IMG/VR virus record: IMGVR_UViG_3300044854_000085
Location: 1 to 64,000 of that record
Origin: a virus
Taxonomy: Duplodnaviria; Caudoviricetes
Direction: 5' to 3' (one strand)
DNA length: 64,000 nucleotides
Part shown: in pieces, positions 39,404-50,100 of the stretch
Layout of the letters: every line of letters begins with the position of its first letter
Numbering within the stretch: the first letter of the stretch is position 1
Translations under genes and position numbers: made by a program
The notes under the pieces: generated by a model
Seen by the model: only the letters and a program-made list of their open reading frames with translations
Told to the model about the DNA's origin: nothing
The model's database searches: none

Positions 39404-42400
39404 ATGAGTGACAACAGTCTCGGACAACTTGGCTCCGCCGCAGTCGCGATCGTTGCGGATCTCTCTACGCTCAAGCCCGGCCTCGATAGCGCCAAAACGC
39501 CCGTGCAGGAGGCCGCTCGATCCCTCGGCGATCTCTTCACGAAGGAATTCCAAAAGGCGCTGAAGGACAGCAATGAAAACCCGCTCGCGAAATTCGGAGA
39601 GAACCTCACCGAAATGGGCGGGAAAGCCAAGGAAGCCGGCAAAGCGTTAACCGAGCTGGCTGTCCCCTTCGAGATCATCGGCGGTGGGGCTTTCGAAGCC
39701 GCCGAGAAGATCGAAGCGGCGATGAACACCATCCGTGTCGGTACCGGAGCCACGGGGGAAAAACTGGAAGAGTTGGGAGCCAGCTTCAAAACAGTCTTTG
39801 CGGCTGTTCCCAATTCAACCGAAGACGTCGGCCGCGCCATCGCCGATCTTCACGTCCGCGCGGATCTTTCCGGCAAGGCACTGGAAGAGATGGCGACGCA
39901 ATTGTTGAACGTGTCGCGCATCACGAAGGGCGACATCGGCGCCAACGTCTCTGCCACCACGCGCTTGTTCCGCGGCTGGACCGACGCGGCTAAGGACCAG
40001 GCCGGAAGCCTCGATTACCTGTTCAAGGTCTCTCAGCAGACCAATATCGGCTTTACGACCCTCAATGATTTGATGGTTCGCTTCAAGGTTCCGCTCCAAC
40101 AGCTCGGATTCGATTTCGAGCACTCCGCGGCGATGCTCGGCAATTTCGAAAAAGCGGGCGTCAATGTGGATCAGGCCATGATGGCGCTCAGCCTCGGCTT
40201 GAACACGCTCGCCGAACACGGCGCGCAGGATGCGGGCGCGACGATGGGATTGCTCTTCGACAAGATTAAGCACGCCAAGTCGGATGTCGAAGGGACCGCG
40301 ATCGCGATCAAAGTCTTCGGCGCTCGCGCAGGCAAGGAACTCGGCGCCGCCATTCGCTCGGGAAAACTCGACGTCGACGGTTTCGTCGAAAGCCTGAAGA
40401 ACAACAAAGAGACCATCAACGCGGCCGCTGAAGACGCGAAGACCTTCGGTGACAAAATCGCCGAGCTCGGTCACAAGATGATGGAAGCCCTGGCTCCGCT
40501 CGGACTCACCATCAAGAAATCTCTCGAGAGCTGGATGCCGACGATTCAGTCGGCCATCGGCACGGTCGCCAAACTTGTCGAAGGATTCGGCCATCTGCCG
40601 CAATCTCTGCAAACCATCATCCTGGTCGGTGGCGCACTCGCTGCGGCCGCCGGTCCGACGCTATTCGGCATCGGACTGTTGAGCTCCATTGTCGGCGAAG
40701 CCATCGCGGGACTCTCGGCGCTGGCTGGCGTGTTCGCGGGAATCGCGGCCGTCGCTGCGCCCGTGGCCGCGCCGATCGCCGTTGTTGTCGCTGCACTCGC
40801 AGCACTCGGCGGCGCCGCGTATCTGGTCTATAAGAATTGGGACACGGTCAAAGGCGCATTGGTCGGCGTCTGGAACTCCGTCAAGGGCGCCGTCCTGCCC
40901 GCGGTTACAGGAATCGAAAAGGCGCTGACCGACACGTGGAACGAAATCCGCGAGACGCTCAAACACACCTGGGCGGACATCGTATCGAACGCCTCGGGCG
41001 CATGGTCTTCCCTTAAAACGTCAATCGCCCCGATATTGGAAGCAGTCAAAGACCTTTGGGACCGCTGGGGCGGCACGATCCTTTCGGGCATGGCCACCGT
41101 GCGTGATGGGATTGGCGTCGTATTCAGCACGATCGGCAGCATCGTGGGCAACGCGTTCCGCGCCGTCGGCGCCGTCATCGCAGGAGCTCTCAACGCGATT
41201 GTTCCGCTGGTGAAAATCTTCGTCGGTGGATTGACCGGCAACTGGTCGCTGGCGTGGGAAGGCATGCAAGGCGTCGTGAAGGCCGCGTGGGGTGCGATCA
41301 GCGGCGTCGTGTCGGCAGGCCTGAAAATCGTCGCCGACTACATCAACAACTTCCTCGGCTTCTGGGCCACCACCGCAAGCAAGGTTGCATCGGCATTGCC
41401 GTCGGCCGTATCCGGCCCGGTACAAACGCTGGCCGACAAACTCAGAAGCGGCGCCGATGCCGCCAAAGGTTTCGGCGACGCGCTGCAATCCTCCGCTCCG
41501 AAAACCGCGCAGGCGGCCGGTGAAATCAAGAAGGTCGGCGAGAGCTCCAAAGAAGCGGCGACGGCGGCCGGCGAACACGGCAAGGCAATTGGCGAGGCCG
41601 CGAAAGCCACAGCAGAACATGGCAAGGCGGCAAAGGCGAGCGCCCACGATCAGGACGTTCTCAACGCCGTTATGACCGGCACGAAGACCGCGGCGGAGCA
41701 GTATGACGAAAAGCTGAAGGAAATGAAGAAGTCGCTTACGGAGGCCAACTTCGAAGCGCGGGCCCTGAGCGAAATCCTCCTCTATGCCCAAAAGAACCAC
41801 ATTTCCGCGACGGTCGTACTGTCCAAGTTTGGCGAGCAGATCCGCTCCACGGTCGAAAATCTCATGGGAGAAGGCAAGGCGGTCAAGTCCGACCTTGCGG
41901 CCTGGTACGACAAAGCGAAGGTTTACGAACTCACGACCGCCGCGCTGAAGAAATTCGGCGACGCCGCGCACGAGCCCAAGGTTCTCGCCGACGCATTCAA
42001 CGAACTGTCGAAATCGATCGGACCCACAAAGGCGCTGGAAGCCGTCAGCCAGCATCTGACCGCGATGCGCGAGAGCGCAATCAAGGCGGGCGAGGCTGTG
42101 CCGCAGGTTCTCGATGCGACCGGCAAAGACCTGATCAAGCTGAACGAAACGTCGAAGGTGACGGCCGCAATCCGCACCAGCATCGACAGCATGTGGCAGT
42201 CGATCTCGCAGGGGCGCGACGCCGGATCCACGCTCGAAACGAAGTTCAAAGGACTGACTCACGACGGCGCCACCGTCGATGAAGCCATCAAGGCTTTGAG
42301 CAGCGACATCGAACAGATGTCCGCTCGCGCGCGCGCGGCCGGCGAACCACTGTCGGCTTTCGTCCAGGATCTCGTCCGCACCAAAGAAGTCACCACGGCC

Positions 42401-44827
42401 GTTGAAGAGGCCATGAAGAAATTGGGCGAGCAGCACGATGCCCCGGAAGCGATCGCCGCGACGTTTGCGGCAGTGCTTTCGAAAACCAATTCCATCCCCG
42501 CTGCGCTGGATGCGGTTCGCGACAAACTGAATGCCGTTCGCGCTGAAGCGGTAAAGACGGGCAAGGACCTCGGGAATCTGAACGTGATCGCGGTTCTTGA
42601 CGACAATACCCAACACGCCGAAGCATTCAAGAAATCGCTCGAAGACATTAAGCGCGCAACCCAAGAAGCCTCACTCACGCTGGCCGATCTCCGCACACCG
42701 GATCGCCGCGAGCAAGTGGTCACCCGCCGCACGCAAAACGTCGTCACGACAAGCGAACTCCATCAGGCCGAAGCCAGCGTCAATCTCGACGCCTTCAAAC
42801 GCGCCGCCGCCGAGTATCTCGCCGAAGGCAAGTCGATGGCGGAAGTCACGCAACTGATCGGATCCGATTACGTTGCGGCCGCCGAGACGGCGCGCAAGTA
42901 TGGCATTGCCATTGACGAAACCACGCAGCAGCAACTGAAGCAGATCGCCGTGCAGCAAATGGCGACCAAGGGCCTGGAGGACATCGAACGGCTCAAACAA
43001 TTGCCCGATATCGTCGTGAATGCCGTCCAGCAGATGTGGCTTGCCGGCGCGAATTGGGACGCCATCATCAAGGTCCTTGGGCCCGACATTATCGCAGCGT
43101 CGGAAGCAGCAAAAGAGCTGCACCTGCAATTACCCAAGACCACAAAAGATCAACTGGAAGCGGCGGCCGCCGATGCACGGCGCGCGCAGGCTGCAAAGGA
43201 ATTCCAGCAGGCGATGACGCAGGCGATGGGCCAGCTCATCGCGGATTTCAACCGCGGACTCACCGATGCGATTTTCCACGCGAAATCCTTCGGCGAGGCG
43301 ATTAAGGATGTTTTTCTCAACGCGAGCAAAAACATCACGACCATCATCCTGACGCAAATGACCGCGCCGCTAACCGAGGCGATGCAGGGCCTCGGCAAAA
43401 AGTTGGCCGGCCTGTTCAGCGATGGTGGCGTGTTCGGTAATCTATTCAACAAACTCGGAGACAAGATCAGCGGGATGTTCGGCGGCCTTGGAGAAAACGC
43501 CGGCAAGAAAATTGGCGGCCTCATCGGTAGTGTGGCCGGGCCACTCGCCGCCGCTGGCATCGGCGCCGCGATCTCCGCCATCACGAACGCCATTGGCAAA
43601 GGCCGGCGCACCGCCAACAAATTCGGGGAAGAAGTTCAGAATCCCTTCGGGGCCGATTTAGGCAAGGATGTCGCCGCGTTCAATGCGCTGGCCAGCAGCG
43701 GACATGCGAGCGCGAAGCAATTGTTGGATGCATACAACAACGTCCGTTCGCTGATTGACCAGTTCAAAACGGACGCCGGCGCCTTCGCGGCTAAAGGGAG
43801 CACCGAAGCAAAAGTCGTCAAGCAGGCATGGGACACCATGACCCAGAACTTCGGCCCGGATTTCGTCAAAATCCTCGGGCCGATGGGCGACAAATTGAAA
43901 GAACTGGGCGTGGATGTAACCCAGAGCGCCGGCGATATCGACAAGGCCGCCCAAGTTCTCGATAACTTCGAAAGTTCCGTTGAATCGATTGTTAGTCAAA
44001 CCACGGCGAGCGCCGACAGCGCCGACGTTCTCGTGGAAGCGATCAAGCGCCTTCAGGACGCCGGCGTTCCGCTCAAGGTCATCCTGGATGCCAATGGGGA
44101 CGCGATCCGCAACGCCGTCGATCAACTGAAGGATCTCGGCCGGGACGTTCCCGACACCCTACAACAGATGGCCGATGCGATCGACCAGCTCGGCGATTCG
44201 GCAGCGGAAGGAACGCGGAAGTTTAACGACGCCGTTGCGTCGATCGTCAGTTCAACGACCAGCTACGCCGACAATGCCAACGTGCTGGAAGAGGCGTTGA
44301 AGCAACTGATCGCGAAAGGCACGCCGACCAGTCTGATCATCGACGCTAACGGTGATGCGATCGCAAAAACGGCCGCTCAATTGACGGCGCTCGGTAAAGA
44401 CGTTCCACCGAACATCGCCGCATTGGCGGATCAGATTGCAAAGACGTCGAAAGCGGCGAAGGATGCAACGACCAACCTGGCCGGCAACGGCGTGGAAAAG
44501 ATGCTGCACGATTACGCGGCCGCCTATGCTCACGGCTTCGAAGTCGCGAACCGCCTCAGCCCGTCCGGATCGTCGCTCGCCTATCACGCCGCAACAACCG
44601 GCAACTTCAACCCGTCGGTCGGTACGATCTCCGGAGTGAACACAACCGGCCAACCCGCAACTGTCAATGTCCAGCATCAAGGCGTTGTCGTCAACATCAA
44701 CGGCGACGCATCCAAGGACGTGATTGACAAGATCACCACGGCCCTGGAAACCAACCAGCGGCAGTTCCTCGATAAAACAGTGCTCTCGATCAAGAGAGTC
44801 TGGAACGGAGTCGGCCCGACGCGGTAG
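39404..44827 (+). CDS. Tape measure protein (TP901-like), 1807 aa
   Basis: Ala-rich helical composition, TP901 core (IRVGTGATG, DYLFKVSQQT), Trp-periodic repeats, position. Confidence 0.93.
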   Translation: MSDNSLGQLGSAAVAIVADLSTLKPGLDSAKTPVQEAARSLGDLFTKEFQKALKDSNENPLAKFGENLTEMGGKAKEAGKALTELAVPFEIIGGGAFEAAEKIEAAMNTIRVGTGATGEKLEELGASFKTVFAAVPNSTEDVGRAIADLHVRADLSGKALEEMATQLLNVSRITKGDIGANVSATTRLFRGWTDAAKDQAGSLDYLFKVSQQTNIGFTTLNDLMVRFKVPLQQLGFDFEHSAAMLGNFEKAGVNVDQAMMALSLGLNTLAEHGAQDAGATMGLLFDKIKHAKSDVEGTAIAIKVFGARAGKELGAAIRSGKLDVDGFVESLKNNKETINAAAEDAKTFGDKIAELGHKMMEALAPLGLTIKKSLESWMPTIQSAIGTVAKLVEGFGHLPQSLQTIILVGGALAAAAGPTLFGIGLLSSIVGEAIAGLSALAGVFAGIAAVAAPVAAPIAVVVAALAALGGAAYLVYKNWDTVKGALVGVWNSVKGAVLPAVTGIEKALTDTWNEIRETLKHTWADIVSNASGAWSSLKTSIAPILEAVKDLWDRWGGTILSGMATVRDGIGVVFSTIGSIVGNAFRAVGAVIAGALNAIVPLVKIFVGGLTGNWSLAWEGMQGVVKAAWGAISGVVSAGLKIVADYINNFLGFWATTASKVASALPSAVSGPVQTLADKLRSGADAAKGFGDALQSSAPKTAQAAGEIKKVGESSKEAATAAGEHGKAIGEAAKATAEHGKAAKASAHDQDVLNAVMTGTKTAAEQYDEKLKEMKKSLTEANFEARALSEILLYAQKNHISATVVLSKFGEQIRSTVENLMGEGKAVKSDLAAWYDKAKVYELTTAALKKFGDAAHEPKVLADAFNELSKSIGPTKALEAVSQHLTAMRESAIKAGEAVPQVLDATGKDLIKLNETSKVTAAIRTSIDSMWQSISQGRDAGSTLETKFKGLTHDGATVDEAIKALSSDIEQMSARARAAGEPLSAFVQDLVRTKEVTTAVEEAMKKLGEQHDAPEAIAATFAAVLSKTNSIPAALDAVRDKLNAVRAEAVKTGKDLGNLNVIAVLDDNTQHAEAFKKSLEDIKRATQEASLTLADLRTPDRREQVVTRRTQNVVTTSELHQAEASVNLDAFKRAAAEYLAEGKSMAEVTQLIGSDYVAAAETARKYGIAIDETTQQQLKQIAVQQMATKGLEDIERLKQLPDIVVNAVQQMWLAGANWDAIIKVLGPDIIAASEAAKELHLQLPKTTKDQLEAAAADARRAQAAKEFQQAMTQAMGQLIADFNRGLTDAIFHAKSFGEAIKDVFLNASKNITTIILTQMTAPLTEAMQGLGKKLAGLFSDGGVFGNLFNKLGDKISGMFGGLGENAGKKIGGLIGSVAGPLAAAGIGAAISAITNAIGKGRRTANKFGEEVQNPFGADLGKDVAAFNALASSGHASAKQLLDAYNNVRSLIDQFKTDAGAFAAKGSTEAKVVKQAWDTMTQNFGPDFVKILGPMGDKLKELGVDVTQSAGDIDKAAQVLDNFESSVESIVSQTTASADSADVLVEAIKRLQDAGVPLKVILDANGDAIRNAVDQLKDLGRDVPDTLQQMADAIDQLGDSAAEGTRKFNDAVASIVSSTTSYADNANVLEEALKQLIAKGTPTSLIIDANGDAIAKTAAQLTALGKDVPPNIAALADQIAKTSKAAKDATTNLAGNGVEKMLHDYAAAYAHGFEVANRLSPSGSSLAYHAATTGNFNPSVGTISGVNTTGQPATVNVQHQGVVVNINGDASKDVIDKITTALETNQRQFLDKTVLSIKRVWNGVGPTR

Positions 44828-44844
44828 GAGAACCCTTCTCCGAC
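44824..44844. repeat. Late-region palindrome copy 3, GTAGGAGAA-CCC-TTCTCCGAC (contains the TMP stop codon)
   Basis: One mismatch to copies 1 and 2. Confidence 0.8.
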
Positions 44845-44857
44845 CCTTCCGAGAACC

Positions 44858-45637
44858 ATGAAGAAGCCTGCATATTTTCTCGCCAACTTCCTTGCATCGG
44901 CCGCGGCGATCACCACGTCGACGGAGGATGATCTGTTCGTGAAGGCGAACCTGTACGACCAGATCGCCGGCAAGCCGTTCAAGTTCACGTCATCGACGAC
45001 GGGCTATATCGAAATCGATCACGGCGCCGCGGCCACATACGACACCATCGCGATCATCGGCCACAACCTCACGGCCGAATCCTCGGTGGTTGTCAAAGGC
45101 GGTGCAGCGGCCAATCCGTCGACGGTGATTGAAACGGCCGAATACCGGGAAGACTGTTTGTGGATCGACCTGGGCTCGCGCAACGAGCGTTACACGCGCG
45201 TCGTGTTCACGGATACGAATCCGGACAAGATCACGATCGGAGAAATCGTGCTCGGCACGCGCATTGAATTGCCGCGCGCTCCACGGTTCGGCGTCCAGGC
45301 GTCGCGTGAAGAAATGGATCTCGCCTTCGAGACCGTGCGCAGAGTCGAATCGGTTTACAAACTCGGCGGCCGCGAGCGCCGCAAGTATGCGTTCCGGTTT
45401 CCGCAATCCGAATACGACGATTTCCGCGACATGCACATGGCCGTGGGCGGGCAGGCCGCGCCGTTTGTCTGGATCCCGGATCAGGACGGAGCTGAAGTCT
45501 TCTACGTTCGCAAGCAGGCTGGTTTCGACCCGCGCGCTTCGGAAGAACCGGCTCAGGACAGCGACGGTTTGGACGAAATCTACGATTACGACCTGGAGCT
45601 GCGCGAAGAAGTCCACGGCGTTCTCGTGCTCTCGTAA
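44858..45637 (+). CDS. Distal tail (Dit)-like protein
   Basis: Immediately after TMP; DTIAIIGHNL, GEIVLG and PFVWIPD pattern. Confidence 0.65.
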   Translation: MKKPAYFLANFLASAAAITTSTEDDLFVKANLYDQIAGKPFKFTSSTTGYIEIDHGAAATYDTIAIIGHNLTAESSVVVKGGAAANPSTVIETAEYREDCLWIDLGSRNERYTRVVFTDTNPDKITIGEIVLGTRIELPRAPRFGVQASREEMDLAFETVRRVESVYKLGGRERRKYAFRFPQSEYDDFRDMHMAVGGQAAPFVWIPDQDGAEVFYVRKQAGFDPRASEEPAQDSDGLDEIYDYDLELREEVHGVLVLS

Positions 45638-45686
45638 CGCGTCGCGTTATTACCGCAACCCATAATCGACCGGAAATCATCCCAAA

Positions 45687-46757
45687 ATGCTTTTACTCGC
45701 AGATTCGTTTGACTACATCGCAAGCCCGACCGAACGCGGTTGGATCGCCAATTACTCCGGAGGCGGCAATTACCCGCCATCGATCGATGCCGGCACGGGC
45801 CGCCGGGGATCCAACAGCCTCAAGATCAACGGCAACTATTCGCACCTGCAACGGTCAATTCCCGGAACGCCGGCGACGTTGATTGCGCAGTGTTCCATCA
45901 AACCGCCCGGCGCCCCGCCCACGAACGCCGACTCCGATCCCGCCCACCTTTTCATGCTTTGGCAGGGCGGCGGCCGCGGCTCGGGAACCACGGCCCAATG
46001 TGGATTGGGATTGCTCCCGTCGATGAAGCTGGCTGTCGTTCGCGGCTATCGCGAACACGGTACGTACAGCATCCTCGGTACGACGCCGGACGCGATCAGT
46101 CCGTTTTCCACCTGTCACGTTGGATTGAAAATCACGATCGACAATTCAACGGGAGCCGCGACGGTTTACATCAACGGCGTGGCAGTCCTCACGTTGACGG
46201 GCCTGGATACTCAGGTAACGGCCAATGCCTACGCCGACGTGTTCACGCTCGGTCATCTGCATAATTTCAACTACATCTACAACGTCGATGACTTTGTCCT
46301 GATGGACGATTCCGGATCGAGTTGCAACGATTTCCTCGGTGACCGCGGCGTCTATGCCGACGTGAACAGCGGAGCGGGATCTAACGCCGACTTCACGCCT
46401 TCGACTGGATCCAATGAGGGCAACGTCGACGACGCCACTCCGAACAACGACACCGACTACAATAAATCGCCCAACGTCGGGGATAAGGATTCGTTTGTGT
46501 TCCCGGATCTGCCCGATGACGTCGATAGCGTCGATGCCGTGTGCATCGACATCATTGCGAAAAAGACAGACGCCGGCAGCCGCTCGCTTTCCGGATATGC
46601 GAAATCCGGCGGCAGCGACGCGGTTGAGGACGACCATCCGCTAAACACCGATTACGACCACTTCCAAGGCCACTTCACCGAAGACCCTGCCACATCGGCG
46701 GCGTGGCTCCCGTCGGCCGTCAACGATGCCGAACTCGGCTACAAGGTCACCGTCTAG
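45687..46757 (+). CDS. Putative virion structural/carbohydrate-binding protein
   Basis: Beta-rich N-terminus, Asp/Asn-rich C-terminus (VDDFVLMDDSG..NDFLGD); tail module context. Confidence 0.55.
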   Translation: MLLLADSFDYIASPTERGWIANYSGGGNYPPSIDAGTGRRGSNSLKINGNYSHLQRSIPGTPATLIAQCSIKPPGAPPTNADSDPAHLFMLWQGGGRGSGTTAQCGLGLLPSMKLAVVRGYREHGTYSILGTTPDAISPFSTCHVGLKITIDNSTGAATVYINGVAVLTLTGLDTQVTANAYADVFTLGHLHNFNYIYNVDDFVLMDDSGSSCNDFLGDRGVYADVNSGAGSNADFTPSTGSNEGNVDDATPNNDTDYNKSPNVGDKDSFVFPDLPDDVDSVDAVCIDIIAKKTDAGSRSLSGYAKSGGSDAVEDDHPLNTDYDHFQGHFTEDPATSAAWLPSAVNDAELGYKVTV

Positions 46758-46776
46758 GATGGGAGTACTCCTACCA

Positions 46777-47166
46777 ATGATTACAGCCGATCAACTCGTC
46801 GCTCATGCCGTAGGCGACTACATCTTTCAGTCCGACTGGATGGCGCGCCACAAACGCCAAAGCGACATCGCCGCGATGGTTCATGCGATTACCTACGCTC
46901 TGCCGTTTTTACTGTTTGGTCCTTCTGCTGGGGCCCTGGGCTTCATCGTCGGATCACACTTCCTTATCGATCGATTCGGGCTCGCGCGGTACGTGGTCTA
47001 TGCCAAGAACCTCGTGGCGCCGCGGTTGTTTCGTCGACCTTGGGCGGAATGCGACCGTACGGGATATCCCGCAACGAGTCCGGATTTTCTGGCGGTCTGG
47101 CTCCTAATCATCGCGGACAACATCCTTCACGTTCTCCTGAACGCCGCAGCGCTGCGCTGGCTATAG
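46777..47166 (+). CDS. DUF3307 membrane protein
   Basis: LVAHAVGDYIFQSDWMA...HAITY...SHFLIDR...ADNILH. Confidence 0.8.
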   Translation: MITADQLVAHAVGDYIFQSDWMARHKRQSDIAAMVHAITYALPFLLFGPSAGALGFIVGSHFLIDRFGLARYVVYAKNLVAPRLFRRPWAECDRTGYPATSPDFLAVWLLIIADNILHVLLNAAALRWL

Positions 47167-47182
47167 CCTTCCAGAAGTTTGA

Positions 47183-50100
47183 ATGACTGCACGCCAAGAT
47201 TACTTAACCGCACTCAGCGGCGCCGGATATGCGGCGACCGTCGCCGTTCTCTTTGAGGAAGGCAGCGGCACACCGAATGAATTTGTCTCGAGTACTCCCG
47301 TCGGGACCAGTGGCTCGCCCGATTGGGATATCGTCGACGGCGTCACCGCGGGTAAGGCGGCCAGCGTCAACGACGCGTGGAATCTCGGCGCATCGAACGC
47401 ATTCCTGAACCATGACAAGGGAACCGTTCTTATCATCCGGAAAAAGCTCGATACGACCGCGCGCAACAGTTCCGGATTCGGGGTCGATGTTGGCGAGCAC
47501 CGTTGTGCGGCCCACATGCCGTGGGGCGATAACCACATCTATTGGGATTTCGATACGTGGTCTAGCGGACGTTGCACCTGGAACGGCTACACGCCATCGA
47601 CCGATTGGGAAGCGTGGGCCTTCCGCGGCGGTCCATCCGGCGCATCGATCTGGCTGAACGGGGTAAAGAAAGCATCCCACACGACGGCCGTCACCACGAC
47701 GCTCGTCAGTGACGATTTCTGGATCAACAAGTCCGCCGTCACCGGCGACGTTCAGGACGTTTTCTTTTTCGCTTACGTTCCCGACGAAGTTTCCGACGCC
47801 GTTCTGGAAGACTTCACCCCCGGAACGGTTCTCGGTCTGCCGGGAGGCGACGCCCGCGTCACCCATGCGGTGCGCAGCGTCGTTGCGTCCGCCGACTCCG
47901 ACGCACGCGTCAGCCACATGGTGCGCTCCGTCGTTGCCGGCGCGGATCCCGACGCGCATGTAACACAGATCGTCCGGCAAGTCATCGGCGGGCCCGTGAC
48001 CGCGATCGCCGTTGAGGATTCCATCGGCCTGGCGGAAAGCGTCGAAGGCGCGGTCTATGACGTCATATCCGGCGATGTGAGCGATGCGCTAGCGCCGTTT
48101 GTCGACGCGATTCCGACGGCGGAACACGATCGCTTTTTAGGAGATCGCCCGGTCGTTCTCGCGCGGCAATTTCTCGATACCGGCACGGAGAACATTTCCG
48201 ACGTTGGGGTCCGCCATCCGACACGCTTCTATGAACCGCGCGTCGTGGATTGGGGCGAAGTCGAACGCGCCATTCCTCTTCCTCCGGGATTGCCGATTAT
48301 CAGCGAAGCCACAATCAAGCTGACCGACAACGACGGCTACTGGAGAAGGATCGCGCACATCCGCAGCCTTCGCCGTAAAGGCATCCAGATCAAGACCGGG
48401 TTTGAAGGCGGAAGAGAATCTCTCTTTCCGATCGCCTACACGGGCGAGCTCACCAAAGCCGTGTTTCCGGACGGGGCCGTCACGCTCACGGCGCGCGACC
48501 AATGGCAGCGCTGGCTCAACATCTCCATTCCGCCGTGGGGGGACCGCACCAATTTCCCGAATCAGCCCGACGGGCAGGACTCATTTTTCTTTCCGCTGAT
48601 CTTCGGCCGAAACATATCGACCGACGAAAACCCAAGAGGACAGGTCAAGCTCTTCCTCTGCGACACGGAGCGCAATCTGTGGGCCCTGAACCGCACGCCG
48701 ACGAAAGCCATCGTCCGTCTTTACCGGAAGCTGCCGTCCGGTGACACGGTGAGCATTGTTCCTCTGGCGGAGTACGAAAAGGTCGAAGAGGACAAAGAAA
48801 TCGACGGTTGGACCTTCACGCCGGCGTACGTCCATATGTTCGAAGACCAGCCGGACGGAACCGAGCTCTACGCGGACGTCGATGGAATATCCGAACGCGG
48901 CGGCTACGGCACGCTGCCATCGTTCACGCACGCAACGGTTGAAAACCTGATCGATCACCTGATCAATCTGTTCTTCTATCTCACGGTCATCGATCCCATC
49001 GCGGATCCGTTCGGAAGCACGGAAACGACGGCATGGGAAACGGCCTGGCACTACTACAACGACAACAACCTGTTGTTCGCCGGCTGCGTCGTCGAACCGA
49101 TGACGTTCGGTGCGCTCTTTGCGCGCATGTGCGAATCCGGCAATCTGTTCCTTTATCCGAACTGGAGAGGGCGCATTGCGGCATCCGTGCAGCCGGTCAC
49201 CAATCCCGATCGGCCCGTTTACACAGACGCCTTCGAACTCTTGAGCAAAGCCGCCGGCAGCGAAGCGGAAATCGTTTCCAGTCTCCCCGAAAAAACGCAG
49301 AACCAGTTCTTGTACCTGTTCTCGAGAAACTACGTCACCAATCAGTGGGGCGCCGGCGACATCTACAACAACGAAGCGGACCAGGCCGAGCTCGGCGTCA
49401 TTGAGCCGGATAACGATATCGAGCTGCATTGGGTGCGCGACGCCGCCACGGCCGCATGGGTCATTGCCCGCCGGGCGGAGCTGTTCAGCCTGCGGGCCTA
49501 TCAGGTCGAACTGAGCGTTGAAGCGCCCAAAAACATTTACAAGCTCGAGCTCGCGCAGACGATCGGCATCACCCATTACGCTGGCATCGGCGGACCGTGG
49601 ACGAATCGCGAATTCATGATCTATGCCATCCGCTACGCGATGGCCGCGCAGAAATTGATCTTGCGCCTGGTCGCTCTGCCGGTCGGCATTACCGGGCCCA
49701 TTCCTTATGAGCTGGTGGAAATCGGATTGGGCACGACCTTCCCCGGTCTTAACGGCCCGTACGGCAAAGCGTCGTTTTATTGGCGCGCATCGGATTATCC
49801 GGAAGGCACAACGTTTCAATGGGAAGCGACCGTCGAGCCGGTCGGCAGCGCTCCGCTTGCGTACGTGACCGACGAGAGCGGCGCGTTCGTGTACGCGGAC
49901 TTGACGCTCCCGGATGGCGATGCCACTCCTGCCGGCGAGACTGTCTATTTCGACTGGAATCCGGTGGGAACGCCCGACGGGCTGTTGAAGGTGACCGTCT
50001 ACAACCTGATTCTCTACCGGCTCCGCCTGGTCGCCTATCACAACAGTGCGCAGTACGTCTGGATCGACATCAATATGTCGAACGGAGGCGGGTTTAACGC

